64,000 nt of DNA from an uncultured Methanosarcinales archaeon (GTDB lineage Archaea; Nanobdellota; Nanobdellia; Woesearchaeales; CAYZNE01). The notes beneath the pieces were generated by a model. It saw only the letters and a list, made by a program, of their open reading frames with translations, was not told the DNA's origin and did not search any database. This document shows positions 19,871 through 30,047 of this stretch, piece by piece. Both the position numbers and the translations under genes were made by a program. Every line of letters starts with the position of its first letter. Position 1 is the stretch's first letter. The stretch spans positions 59,133-123,132 of the forward strand of contig CAYONI010000002.1 in the NCBI GenBank assembly GCA_964405295.1. Reading direction: 5' to 3'.

Positions 19871-20103
19871 CTTATTACCTTTCGCTGAACCGATTTATTG
19901 TTTTATTGTGCTGCAGTCCCGTAGTGCGTGAGCATACAGGAAATTTTAATTTCCCGTAGGAGCATTCCCCTGCAACGCACCCGTTATTTAGTTCTAATCA
20001 GTTCACTTGATGGTAAAAAGTTATAATATAAAAAACATTTATATATTATTAGTTCTAGAATTAATATTGTTAACTTTATTTAACTAATTGAAGGTGGTTT
20101 ATA

Positions 20104-22482
20104 ATGAAAAAAGAATTAATTATTATGATCTCATTGCTTATAATTGCAATGTTTATGGTTTCTGCGTGTTCTAGTGGGCAAGCATTTAAGGATGCTGATA
20201 AAAAAGGTTTAGATATGAAGCTTGGTGCTAAAGATGATGGTAAAGAATTTGAAGATGTAAATCCTAATTCTGCCCCTATTGAATCTGGCACTGTCGAAGA
20301 AGCTTGCACAGAAACTGATGATGGTAATGATATTTTTAATTATGGTGTTGTTAGATTCAATGGTGAAGCATACGAAGATGAATGCGGTGATTCTACAGAG
20401 ATAAAAGAGTTTTATTGTGTTAGTGATGAAGAGATGGGTGTAGAAAAACAATACTGTCCTGAAATGACTGAGTGTTATAGGGGTGCGTGTGAACATTATT
20501 GTACTGATTCTGATGGAGGACACAATTATGCTGTTCAAGGAGAAGTAACTGGCTGGAATGTTGGTCTTAATCAATTTGATACTCAAGTTGATGTATGTAA
20601 TAATGGATTTCTTGTTGAAATGTATTGTTCTGATGCAGTTATGAGTTATGAGTTTAATGTTACTTGTCCGAATGGATGTGAAAATGGTGCTTGTCTTAAT
20701 GAGACAACAAATGTTACTTGTGTAGATAGTGATGGTGGAATTAATGTATATGTAAAAGGGGAAGTAATTGCTTCTGGAGATAATTACTATGTTCAAAACT
20801 ATTTAAATTATGGAGGAGAAATTAATGGTTCATATATAATTTTTGAAGATTATTGTAGAGATAATAATATTTATGTTCCTGGTTTAGAAGGTATAGTTGA
20901 ATTTTATTGTGTAGATAATTATGGTGTAATGCCTCGTTTCCAAGATTGTCCATTTAATTGTTTAGATGGTGCTTGTTTAGAAGGTTTTGTCGTTGATATT
21001 GAGTTTGAGAATAGTGTTGATTTGGATGATCCAGGTAATTCAGGAGTAAATATTTATGATTATCAGGATGTTATTGCTTTGAAATTATCTTCTGAGACTG
21101 GTAATGTAGAAGGAGGATTTTTAATAAATAATATTTCTACTAGTAAGATTTATGTTATGTCTGATGATAATAATTTAGCCCTACTTGCATATATGGATGA
21201 TGATGGAGATATTATAGGTGTAGAAGAAATTGCATCTGGTGGTCAAGAGTTTCAAACTACTGTGAAGCTTATTGCTAGTGATGATATTTATCTTATTGAT
21301 TGGGAATATTTTGATTCTTCTAAGTTAAATATGACTTTTTCAGGTTTATTCCCTGGATTTGCACAAGAAAGTTTAATCTTTCCTAATATAGATCTTGTTA
21401 ATCAGTTTTTTGGACTTGAAGATTATCAAACTACTGATTTGCTTGTAAGAGAATATATTGATCCTAATTATCTGGCAATTGGTAGTTATGATAACAGCTA
21501 TTTTACAGGTATGGGAACAGAGATTGTAACACCTGAAGAACATTTTGATGATGAAGAAGCAAGATTAATTATTCCTTTTGAGTATTTTGGTCCAGAAACA
21601 GCAACACCTGGAGATTTAATTATTCCTGTTTTGCAGTGTAATGAAGATTATGAGAAGATTTTATCTGTAGAAATGTATTCTTTTCAAGGAGATAGTTATG
21701 AAGTAACAGAAAAGTTTGTGGCAGAAGATTGTAGATTAGTTAATGCAGGAACTTATCATGATGAAGATTTTGAACCTGGAACTTTAACTACTGGATCAAA
21801 TATTGATTTTCGTATAGAATATGTTTTTGATCCTCCCTTAGAGCATATTCATGGAGATACGATAATTGATTTTTTAGGTGAGACTATAGAGATATTTGAT
21901 ATTGATGTAAATTCAGTAACTGTTTCTGTGGCTGAAGAAAGTACTTTAAGCCCTGGCGAGCATATTAATAAGACTATTGACGGTACTATTTACATTATAA
22001 CCCTTGGTGCAGTTAATCTTAATTCTGCTGCTATAACTGTTAATAATCAAACAGAGTTTGTTAGTTTGGATGAGGTTTATCACTTTGGAGATATTGCGAT
22101 TGAGGTTAGAAACCTTCTTTATCTGCCAGATGATCCTGAAAATTCACTTGCTAAATTGGCTTATGCTCCTTTTCATACAAGGAGGACTAATTCTGATGGT
22201 GATGCAATAGTGGAATTCGGTTATGGTGATGATAATAATGATGCAGAATGGGTTTGGGATATTGAAATAGAAGGCCCTTATTGGAATTATGTTCTTCGAT
22301 CTATAGGTGCAAGATACAATCAAGATAGAGATGATTGGGATGGTAATTTTGTTCCTTTAATAGAAGGAGATCAAATAATGTTGCCTTTGACAGATAACAT
22401 GTTAAATCCAATAGATTATCCATTGTTAACCTATACTGCACTTAACCCAGATGGATCTATAACTATTGACATAACTCGATAG
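20104..22482 (+). CDS. large secreted lipoprotein with three Cys-rich modules and an acidic C-terminal region
   Basis: Signal peptide with lipobox MVSACSSG. Three repeats of C[TV]DSDGG.N..V.GEV...YC...C..GAC; SD GAAGGTGG upstream. Confidence 0.5.
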   Translation: MKKELIIMISLLIIAMFMVSACSSGQAFKDADKKGLDMKLGAKDDGKEFEDVNPNSAPIESGTVEEACTETDDGNDIFNYGVVRFNGEAYEDECGDSTEIKEFYCVSDEEMGVEKQYCPEMTECYRGACEHYCTDSDGGHNYAVQGEVTGWNVGLNQFDTQVDVCNNGFLVEMYCSDAVMSYEFNVTCPNGCENGACLNETTNVTCVDSDGGINVYVKGEVIASGDNYYVQNYLNYGGEINGSYIIFEDYCRDNNIYVPGLEGIVEFYCVDNYGVMPRFQDCPFNCLDGACLEGFVVDIEFENSVDLDDPGNSGVNIYDYQDVIALKLSSETGNVEGGFLINNISTSKIYVMSDDNNLALLAYMDDDGDIIGVEEIASGGQEFQTTVKLIASDDIYLIDWEYFDSSKLNMTFSGLFPGFAQESLIFPNIDLVNQFFGLEDYQTTDLLVREYIDPNYLAIGSYDNSYFTGMGTEIVTPEEHFDDEEARLIIPFEYFGPETATPGDLIIPVLQCNEDYEKILSVEMYSFQGDSYEVTEKFVAEDCRLVNAGTYHDEDFEPGTLTTGSNIDFRIEYVFDPPLEHIHGDTIIDFLGETIEIFDIDVNSVTVSVAEESTLSPGEHINKTIDGTIYIITLGAVNLNSAAITVNNQTEFVSLDEVYHFGDIAIEVRNLLYLPDDPENSLAKLAYAPFHTRRTNSDGDAIVEFGYGDDNNDAEWVWDIEIEGPYWNYVLRSIGARYNQDRDDWDGNFVPLIEGDQIMLPLTDNMLNPIDYPLLTYTALNPDGSITIDITR

Positions 22483-22602
22483 TTTATTTTTTTTATTTCC
22501 GCTTAGCGGTGCCAATAAACCTTTTTTTGTTTATTGAGCATTTCTTTTTCTTTCTCCTTTTTCAACAAAACATTTAAAATACAGCAACACTTATTCTAGT
22601 TT

Positions 22603-24315
22603 ATGGAAGAAAATATCAAGAATGCAATAAGAATAGACGCATTGAAGAATGCAGTGAAGTTTAATGGTAAATGTAATCCTAAAGCACTTGTTGGTGCAGT
22701 TATTAAAGACTTTCCTGAAGTAAAAGATAGTATGCAGGATTTAATGAAAGATATTAATGTTATTGCAAAACAAATTAATGCAATGACTTTAGAAAATCAG
22801 AAGTCAGAATTATTAGCTCTAGATTCTCATGCACTTGATAAAAAACCTAAACAAGAGAAAAAAGATTTATTCAGAGAATTAACTAATGTTGATAAAGATA
22901 AGGGTGTTGTGATGAGATTCGCACCCTCTCCAAGTGGGCCTATGCATATTGGCCATGCGTTTTCCGGAATCCCAACATCTATTTATGTTAAAAGATATGG
23001 TGGGAAGTTTATTCTTCGAATAGAAGACACTAATCCTGATAATATTTATCCTCAAGCCTATGAGTTATTGCCTAAAGATGCTGAATGGATATTTGGTAAT
23101 GTAACAGATGTTATAATCCAATCAGACAGATTAGAAGTTTATTATGATTATGCAAAGAAATTTATTAATGCAGGTGCAGCATATGTCTGTGATTGTGATA
23201 ATGAAGAATTTAAAAAACTTATTTTGGATAAAAAGTCTTGTCCTTGTAGAGCTTTAAGTAAGGAAGATAATTTGAAAAGATGGGAAAAAATGATTGATCC
23301 TTCTGGTTATAAACAAGGAGAAGCAGTTCTTAGATTCAAGGCAGATATAGAAAATAAAAATCCTGCACTCAGAGATTTTCCTCTTGCAAGAATTAATGAA
23401 TCAGAACATCCACGGCAGGGTAAAAAATATCGAGTTTGGCCTCTTATGAATTTATCTGTGGCTACTGATGATATTGAATCTGGAATGACCCATATTATTC
23501 GTTCAAAACACCATCAGACAAATGCAGAAAGACAGAAAATGATGTATGAATCATTGGGCATAAAAGAGTTTCCTGAATTTATGTTTCTAGGAAACTGGCA
23601 TTTTGAAGGTATGGAAATTTCTTGTTCAAAAACAAAAGCAAAAATTGAAGAAGGAAAATTAAATGGTTGGGATGATATTCGAGGACCATTCTTAATGGCT
23701 TTGAGAAGAAGAGGTTTCCAACCCGGGGCACTAAGAGAATTTTCAAGACAAGTTGGAATAACCCCCAATGATAAAAAAATGGATATCAAAGAGTTCTTTA
23801 AAGCATTGGATGCATACAATAAAGAAATTATTGATGCAACATCCAAAAGATTCTTTTTCATTACTGATCCTGTTGAGGTTACAATAAAAAATTCTCCCGG
23901 AGAAATAGTTGAACTGGACTTGCATCCTGATACTATTAAAGGTGGAAGAAAATTTGAAACATCAGATAAGTTTTTGTTAGCAAAAAAAGATGTTGACATA
24001 TTTAAAGATAATGAAACAATAAGGTTAATGGATTGTCTTAATTTTAAGAAACAAGGTACAAATTATATTTTTGATTCTCTTGACTATGATATATTCAAAG
24101 CAAATGGGAAGAAGATTATTCATTGGTTACCTAATTCTAAAGATTTGTTAAATGTAGAAATTCTTATGTCTGATAATACTATTGCAAAAGGTAAGGCTGA
24201 AGTAAATCTTAAACAAATAAAAGTTGGAGATGTTATTCAATTTGAGAGATTTGGTTTCTGTAGATTAGATTCTATTGACAAGAATGTCTATAAATTTTGG
24301 TTTGCGCATAGATAA
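22603..24315 (+). CDS. gltX: glutamyl-tRNA synthetase (archaeal type)
   Basis: HIGH motif PSGPMHIGHA; archaeal N-terminal domain and long C-terminal anticodon-binding region. Confidence 0.9.
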   Translation: MEENIKNAIRIDALKNAVKFNGKCNPKALVGAVIKDFPEVKDSMQDLMKDINVIAKQINAMTLENQKSELLALDSHALDKKPKQEKKDLFRELTNVDKDKGVVMRFAPSPSGPMHIGHAFSGIPTSIYVKRYGGKFILRIEDTNPDNIYPQAYELLPKDAEWIFGNVTDVIIQSDRLEVYYDYAKKFINAGAAYVCDCDNEEFKKLILDKKSCPCRALSKEDNLKRWEKMIDPSGYKQGEAVLRFKADIENKNPALRDFPLARINESEHPRQGKKYRVWPLMNLSVATDDIESGMTHIIRSKHHQTNAERQKMMYESLGIKEFPEFMFLGNWHFEGMEISCSKTKAKIEEGKLNGWDDIRGPFLMALRRRGFQPGALREFSRQVGITPNDKKMDIKEFFKALDAYNKEIIDATSKRFFFITDPVEVTIKNSPGEIVELDLHPDTIKGGRKFETSDKFLLAKKDVDIFKDNETIRLMDCLNFKKQGTNYIFDSLDYDIFKANGKKIIHWLPNSKDLLNVEILMSDNTIAKGKAEVNLKQIKVGDVIQFERFGFCRLDSIDKNVYKFWFAHR

Positions 24316-24316
24316 A

Positions 24317-25276
24317 ATGAAATACATCAAGCAGATTAATCAGATAGTTATTTCTAAAAAAAAGATTCTCGGAATAAAAGAAGATATTAGATCTATTAAA
24401 ATATCAATATTAGGAATAGGGGAGAATAATCAAAATTTTCTTATTAGCGTTAATGATAAGTTTAAGTTTGTATTTAGAATTGCATTGAGATCAAGTTCAA
24501 AAAGTAATACTAGGAAAGAGTTTAATTCTCTAAAAAGGATTCCCAAAGGGGTGGGGCCTGTTCCTATTTATATTGATGATTCACATAAGACAATTGATGA
24601 ACCTTATTCTATACTAAGTTATATTGAAGGAAATCATGTAAAAAAGTGGACTGATAAGAGACTAAAGTTGCATGCAACAAAGCTTGCTAAGTTGCATCAG
24701 AAAAGGTTTACCAGGCATTCCAGAGGAAAAACTTTCAGCTTATATAACCGATTATTAAATGAAATTAAAGGATATACTTCTAAAGAGTTTAATAACAAGA
24801 ACATAAAATTATTAATGCCCTTAGTTAAAGAATTTATTAAATCTAATGATCGTATATTTACTGAATTAAAATCATTTTCACGAGTTCATACAGATTTATG
24901 TTTAACAAATATATTAATCAACAATAATGATTTATTTTATATTGATTGGGAATATTCTATGATTGAAGATAATGCTTATGATATATCAAAATTATATTTC
25001 ACAGATATTGCCGTTTCTCCCTGGTCTATAAAATTGAATAAGATTAAAGAACGTATTTTTATTAATCAATACCTTAAGCAAATAAAGTTTAAGGATAATA
25101 CTCTTAGAAAAAGAGTTCATTTATGGCATATATACATTTTATTTACTGATTCTTTGTATTGTAAATGGAAACTTAATAATTATAGTAATGAGAAAGCAGC
25201 TTTTCCTAAAAAGGTTTATCAAAAGAGTTTAGATTTTATGATTGGTTCTTTAAAAAAGAAATTAATAAAGAATTAA
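24317..25276 (+). CDS. APH/choline-kinase-family phosphotransferase
   Basis: Brenner motif HTDLCLTNILI and IDWEYS; ATG at 24317 is preferred over the overlapping upstream start. Confidence 0.65.
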   Translation: MKYIKQINQIVISKKKILGIKEDIRSIKISILGIGENNQNFLISVNDKFKFVFRIALRSSSKSNTRKEFNSLKRIPKGVGPVPIYIDDSHKTIDEPYSILSYIEGNHVKKWTDKRLKLHATKLAKLHQKRFTRHSRGKTFSLYNRLLNEIKGYTSKEFNNKNIKLLMPLVKEFIKSNDRIFTELKSFSRVHTDLCLTNILINNNDLFYIDWEYSMIEDNAYDISKLYFTDIAVSPWSIKLNKIKERIFINQYLKQIKFKDNTLRKRVHLWHIYILFTDSLYCKWKLNNYSNEKAAFPKKVYQKSLDFMIGSLKKKLIKN

Positions 25277-25345
25277 AATAAAAGAAAAAATAAACTAATA
25301 TGCTCAATATTAAATAAATATTGGCATTTTAAAAATCAAAGATTT

Positions 25346-25948
25346 TTAATATTTCTTTGCTAGGTCATGAAATAATACTGCTTGAATAACTGTAGTTGCA
25401 ATCACAAGTGCAGGTGTTAATACCAGTAATACTAAAGATGCACTGAATGCTCCTGAAATTATAAACAGTATTCCTAATGCTTTAACTAAGTTACCTGCTC
25501 TTTTTTTAAGATGCATTATTCCAATTCCAAACATAACAAATACAACTCCTGTTAGCCAACTTAGGATCATAGCTAATAAGTTAGTGTTAATATTAACAAA
25601 TACTGTAGTTATATTATTTATTCCAATCATAATTGCTAGAATAATCATTGCTTTAGTCATAATTTGTACAAATTTAAATTTCCATTTTTTTGTTAATTTA
25701 CAGAATGATTGCATTACGCAAATGAATAACATTGTTGTTACTGTAATTAAAACTACCGTTATAATTTTTAACCAAGTTGTTTGAGTTGCAATTGGTGCAA
25801 CCATTAAAATAGGAAGAATTAATGTAGCATAAATAATTGCAGCGATGCTTGATCTTTTAAGTTGTTTGTGTAAATCACTAGGTTCGTCGTTTTTTATTAC
25901 TTTTGCAGGCTTTTTAGCTTTTATTTTTGATTTTGATTTTTTTACCAT
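25346..25948 (-). CDS. hypothetical polytopic membrane protein
   Basis: About 5 predicted TM helices; basic N-terminus. Confidence 0.4.
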   Translation of the reverse strand: MVKKSKSKIKAKKPAKVIKNDEPSDLHKQLKRSSIAAIIYATLILPILMVAPIATQTTWLKIITVVLITVTTMLFICVMQSFCKLTKKWKFKFVQIMTKAMIILAIMIGINNITTVFVNINTNLLAMILSWLTGVVFVMFGIGIMHLKKRAGNLVKALGILFIISGAFSASLVLLVLTPALVIATTVIQAVLFHDLAKKY

Positions 25949-26086
25949 GGTAGTTTAAATATTACTATCTTAATTTAAAAAACTTATCTTAATAATAGGT
26001 TATTCTGGCTTTAAAGTGGATTTTTTTGAGAATATTTTTAAATTAGATTTTGTCTCTATAATAAAAAGAATCACTTAGGTGTTATC

Positions 26087-27712
26087 ATGGGAAAAGAAAA
26101 CAGTAAAATAAATGAAAAATATGGTGAAATAGAAGATTTTAATAATTTGATAGCTGAGAGGCTAAAGAAACTTGAAACACTAAAGGAAAAAGAGATTGAG
26201 CCATATCCTTATTCATTTAAGAAGACTAGTGATAATAAAAGCATAAAGGAAAAGTATGCTAAATTAGAAAAAGAAGAATCAACTGAAGATAAATTTAGTG
26301 TTGCAGGAAGAATTGTTGCACTAAGAAAAATGGGTAAAGCTTCTTTCCTTGTAATATCTGATGGTGTTGATAGATTACAATTATACCTTAGACAAGACAA
26401 TGTCGGTGAAGAAAAATATGGATTACTTAAATTGATTGATCTAGGAGATTTTCTGGGTGCAACTGGAAAAGTTTTCAAAACTAAAACAGGAGAGATCACA
26501 ATTAAAGTTGAAGAGTTTGAATTGTTATGTAAATCAATAAGACCTTTACCTGAAAAATATCATGGAATTCAAGATAAAGAATTGAGATATAGAAAAAGAT
26601 ATCTCGATCTAATTATGAATCCTGAAGTGAGAGAAATTTTCAAAAAAAGAACTGCAATTATTAAGGCTGTTAGAGAATTTTTTGATAGTAGAAATTTTAT
26701 GGAAGTTGAAACTCCATTATTACAAACACTCTATGGTGGTGCAAAAGCAAAACCGTTTGTTACACACATAAATGCTTGGGATATGAAAATGTTTCTTTCA
26801 ATTAGTCCTGAACTTTACCTAAAGAGATTGCTTGTTGGAGGATTTGAAAAAGTTTACACTATTTGTAAGAATTTTCGAAATGAAGGTGTAGATAAGTCTC
26901 ATAATCCTGAGTTTACAATGTTGGAGTCTTATGAAGCATATGCAGATTACGATGCTGTAATGAAGGTTATGGAAGAATGCTGGGAATATGCTTGTAAAAA
27001 AGTTAACGGCACAACAAAAGTTAAACACAACTTAAAATCTGCAGATGGAACAGAGAAAGAAGTTGAATTAGATTTCAAAGCTCCTTGGGAAAGATTAAGT
27101 GTTACTGATGCAATAAAGAAATTTGTTGGAATTGATGTTCTTGATATGGACGATAAACAAGTAATGAATTATGTTCATGAAAAAGGTATTGAATATGAAG
27201 GTGAGCTTAATTGGGGTTATGCAGTTGAGTTAATTTTTGAAGAATATTGTGAAGATCATCTTGTTCAACCTGTACACATAATCAATCATCCAAGAGGTTC
27301 AACTCCTCTATGTAAAAAAAATAGAAATAATAATCGTCTATTAGAAAGATTTGAATCATACTGTGCAGGCATAGAGTTATGTAATGCTTATTCAGAATTA
27401 AATAATCCGATTGTGCAGAGAAGACTTCTTGAAGATCAATCCCGTGATCAAGTTAATTTTGGTGATATGCAAAAGCAAGTTGACACAGATTTTATAGAAG
27501 CAATAGAAACAGGAATGCCTCCAGCAGGTGGTCTTGGATTTGGTGTTGACAGAATGATTATGTTCCTGACTGGTGCAGAAACTTTGAGAGATGTTATTCT
27601 TTTTCCAACTATGAAGCCAGAAAAGAAGGAAGAAGAGTATAAGGTTTTGGAGCCAGGGGATAGTGAGGTTCATTCTGACGAAGCAAAATCTTCTAATAAG
27701 GCTAAAAAGTAG
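26087..27712 (+). CDS. lysS: lysyl-tRNA synthetase, class II
   Basis: OB-fold anticodon-binding domain followed by class II motifs (FRNEG, ESYCAGIELCNAYSELNNP, GLGFGVDR); K/E-rich C-terminal tail. Confidence 0.9.
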   Translation: MGKENSKINEKYGEIEDFNNLIAERLKKLETLKEKEIEPYPYSFKKTSDNKSIKEKYAKLEKEESTEDKFSVAGRIVALRKMGKASFLVISDGVDRLQLYLRQDNVGEEKYGLLKLIDLGDFLGATGKVFKTKTGEITIKVEEFELLCKSIRPLPEKYHGIQDKELRYRKRYLDLIMNPEVREIFKKRTAIIKAVREFFDSRNFMEVETPLLQTLYGGAKAKPFVTHINAWDMKMFLSISPELYLKRLLVGGFEKVYTICKNFRNEGVDKSHNPEFTMLESYEAYADYDAVMKVMEECWEYACKKVNGTTKVKHNLKSADGTEKEVELDFKAPWERLSVTDAIKKFVGIDVLDMDDKQVMNYVHEKGIEYEGELNWGYAVELIFEEYCEDHLVQPVHIINHPRGSTPLCKKNRNNNRLLERFESYCAGIELCNAYSELNNPIVQRRLLEDQSRDQVNFGDMQKQVDTDFIEAIETGMPPAGGLGFGVDRMIMFLTGAETLRDVILFPTMKPEKKEEEYKVLEPGDSEVHSDEAKSSNKAKK

Positions 27713-27814
27713 TTATTTTTTTCTTTTATTGTTTTTTTGTTTTCAAATAAATTTATAAATTAGTATTCTAGTATATTACTTTAGTTAATTATGGTATATT
27801 GAGAGGTAATATTT

Positions 27815-28333
27815 ATGGATGTAAAAAATGATAAGTATGCACTAGTTTCGGTTGTTGCTATTATTGCTATTGTTGGGATTGTTGCGATTCTTGTAGGTAG
27901 TAATAAGGTTTCTGTTGTTTCTTCTCCTGAAGAATTAGGTTATGCTAATACTGGTGGGCAAGTAATTAGAATTAGTGTGGTTGATAAGTCTGTTGAATCT
28001 GATTTTGAAGAATCTGATTTAACAAAATATTTGTTATCTGAAAATATTGTGAAGAAAGTTATGTTAAATGGTTGTGATACTCTTGAAATTTTAAATCATG
28101 ATAGATTAGTTGAAACAGGGCCTGGTGTATTTACTGTATTTGATTCTAATGGTGAACCTCTTAGTGACGAATCACATGGCTATTGGCAGTGTAGTTGTTA
28201 TATATATAATAATGCTGGGCCGTTTGGTTGTGATCCTGTTGGACCGCAGGAATGTGAAATGTGGGGTACTTGCACTGAATGTCGTGGAAGATTTGTTGGT
28301 GGTGCAAGTTCATTTGGTATTTCTCATAGATAA
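27815..28333 (+). CDS. membrane-anchored Cys-rich secreted protein
   Basis: N-terminal TM/signal; C-terminal WQCSCYIYNNAGPFGCDPVGPQECEMWGTCTEC. Confidence 0.4.
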   Translation: MDVKNDKYALVSVVAIIAIVGIVAILVGSNKVSVVSSPEELGYANTGGQVIRISVVDKSVESDFEESDLTKYLLSENIVKKVMLNGCDTLEILNHDRLVETGPGVFTVFDSNGEPLSDESHGYWQCSCYIYNNAGPFGCDPVGPQECEMWGTCTECRGRFVGGASSFGISHR

Positions 28334-28485
28334 GGCTATTTTTTAATTTTTAATTAATCTTAAAGAATAGTTGTTTTTCTTTATAGGCAAAATAGTGTTA
28401 ATAAGTTTTGTTTGGTGAGTATTTCCTTCTTTAAATCTACCAAAATTAACAAAGTTTAAATATTTCTTTATTTATATTTATTTTA

Positions 28486-28743
28486 ATGGGCAGATTAATT
28501 GATATAGTAATCGGTGCAGTTGTTTTATTTGAAGTAAACTTCTTTTCCAATATTGGAGTATATAATTATCAGATTAATTATGCTGAAACCCAAGCAGAAC
28601 TTTGGGGTAAAACCGAAATTGCTTTTTCTTCTGGTTGGGAAGAGTATGCAGAAAAGCTAAAACAAGATAAAAGATATTTTATTGCTTATTTCAGACATTC
28701 TAATATCCCAAAAGAGCATAATTCTCCCCCTTATCTGATGTAG
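28486..28743 (+). CDS. hypothetical protein
   Basis: 85-aa ORF without motifs. Confidence 0.25.
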   Translation: MGRLIDIVIGAVVLFEVNFFSNIGVYNYQINYAETQAELWGKTEIAFSSGWEEYAEKLKQDKRYFIAYFRHSNIPKEHNSPPYLM

Positions 28744-28839
28744 ATTCTTCTTAAAAGCTACCAAAAGGCTTAAATACTAAAAGAGATTAACGTTTAATAG
28801 TGAATATAATATTGATCTATATAATATAAGGGGTATAAA

Positions 28840-29472
28840 ATGCATTTAACAACAGAGGTAATATTCAGCTTTAACTTCATAATTAATATTTTAGTTTCTT
28901 TTATGGCACTGACTGTTGCATACTACAGTTATAGAGCGCATAAGATTGCAGGAACATACGATTTTGGTTATTTCTCTTTAGGGTTCCTTTCATTGTCTAC
29001 TGCATTTATTGTTAATGCTTTTTCAATGATTATTTGGGCGATGACTGCTTCGCACATACCTGGTACATTAACAGGGTATACTTATTTTGCATCTACACTA
29101 TTATTTAGATTCTTTATGATGTTAGGGTTAATTTTAATTTTATTTGCAACAAAGAATTTATCTCAAGATTTGAAAGGAAGATTAACAATTTACTTATTTA
29201 TGCTTGTTATCGTTTTATCTCTTACTTCAGGATTTTTATTTTATATAACTTCAGTAATTCTATTGTTGGTTATTGCTGAGCATTATTTTGTTAGAACTTT
29301 GAAGAAAAAGAATAATATGTCTTTATATTTGTTGATTGCAATGATTCTGCTTCTATTTGGAATAGTTCGTTTCTTTTTTATAATTCCTTACTTTTGCATG
29401 ATACAACCAATGCTATTCTTTATATCGTTCTTAATAGTGGGAATAGTTGTTATTAAATCTTATAAACAATAA
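28840..29472 (+). CDS. hypothetical polytopic membrane protein
   Basis: About 7 hydrophobic helices. Confidence 0.4.
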   Translation: MHLTTEVIFSFNFIINILVSFMALTVAYYSYRAHKIAGTYDFGYFSLGFLSLSTAFIVNAFSMIIWAMTASHIPGTLTGYTYFASTLLFRFFMMLGLILILFATKNLSQDLKGRLTIYLFMLVIVLSLTSGFLFYITSVILLLVIAEHYFVRTLKKKNNMSLYLLIAMILLLFGIVRFFFIIPYFCMIQPMLFFISFLIVGIVVIKSYKQ

Positions 29473-29474
29473 AA

Positions 29475-29747
29475 ATGGTTAGACGATCCAAGACAGATAT
29501 TATTTGGGATATGCTTGTAGCAATTCAATTAGCTGGTGGATCAATAAAGCCAACAAGACTTCTTTATAAGTCCAATTTAAGTTATAATAAGATGAAAGAA
29601 TATCTTGCAGAGTTAGATGAAAGTGATTTAATAAACATTCAGATAAAAGATGAGAGAAAACATATTTCTATAACTGATAAAGGTCATTTTTATGTTTCTG
29701 AATTAAGAAAAGCAAGAAATTTTGCAAGAACTGTCGGTTTAAGATAG
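29475..29747 (+). CDS. winged-helix (HTH_45-like) DNA-binding protein
   Basis: IIWDMLVAIQLAGGSIKPTRLLYKSNLSYNKMKEYLAEL pattern. Confidence 0.5.
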   Translation: MVRRSKTDIIWDMLVAIQLAGGSIKPTRLLYKSNLSYNKMKEYLAELDESDLINIQIKDERKHISITDKGHFYVSELRKARNFARTVGLR

Positions 29748-29752
29748 TTATT

Positions 29753-29944
29753 TCATTCTTTAATTTCTATACAAGTTACTGGGCAACTTTCTGCAGCTTC
29801 TTTTGTGCATTCTTCTAATTCTTTTGGAACACTAGAATTTTTTACAATAGCTTTATTCTCATCATCCATTTCAAAGATATCTGGGCAAGTTGCAACACAG
29901 GCGTTACAGCCAATACATGCATCTCTGTTAATAGTTACATTCAT
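29753..29944 (-). CDS. 4Fe-4S ferredoxin
   Basis: CIGCNACVATCP and C-terminal ESCPVTCI. Confidence 0.8.
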   Translation of the reverse strand: MNVTINRDACIGCNACVATCPDIFEMDDENKAIVKNSSVPKELEECTKEAAESCPVTCIEIKE

Positions 29945-30047
29945 TAATAATCACCTTATTTTAGGTGTTCATATTATTTCGTTTTTAAAGTTTGTTGTTT
30001 ACAGGTATCAATTAAATTTTTAAAGAAACTTCTATTTCATAATTTTT

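Noticed and set aside
19880-20020. C/D-box sRNA in the RfcL downstream GC island
   Set aside because: A CTGA and a TGATGG are present but not in the C ... D order or spacing needed; no guide complementarity was identified.
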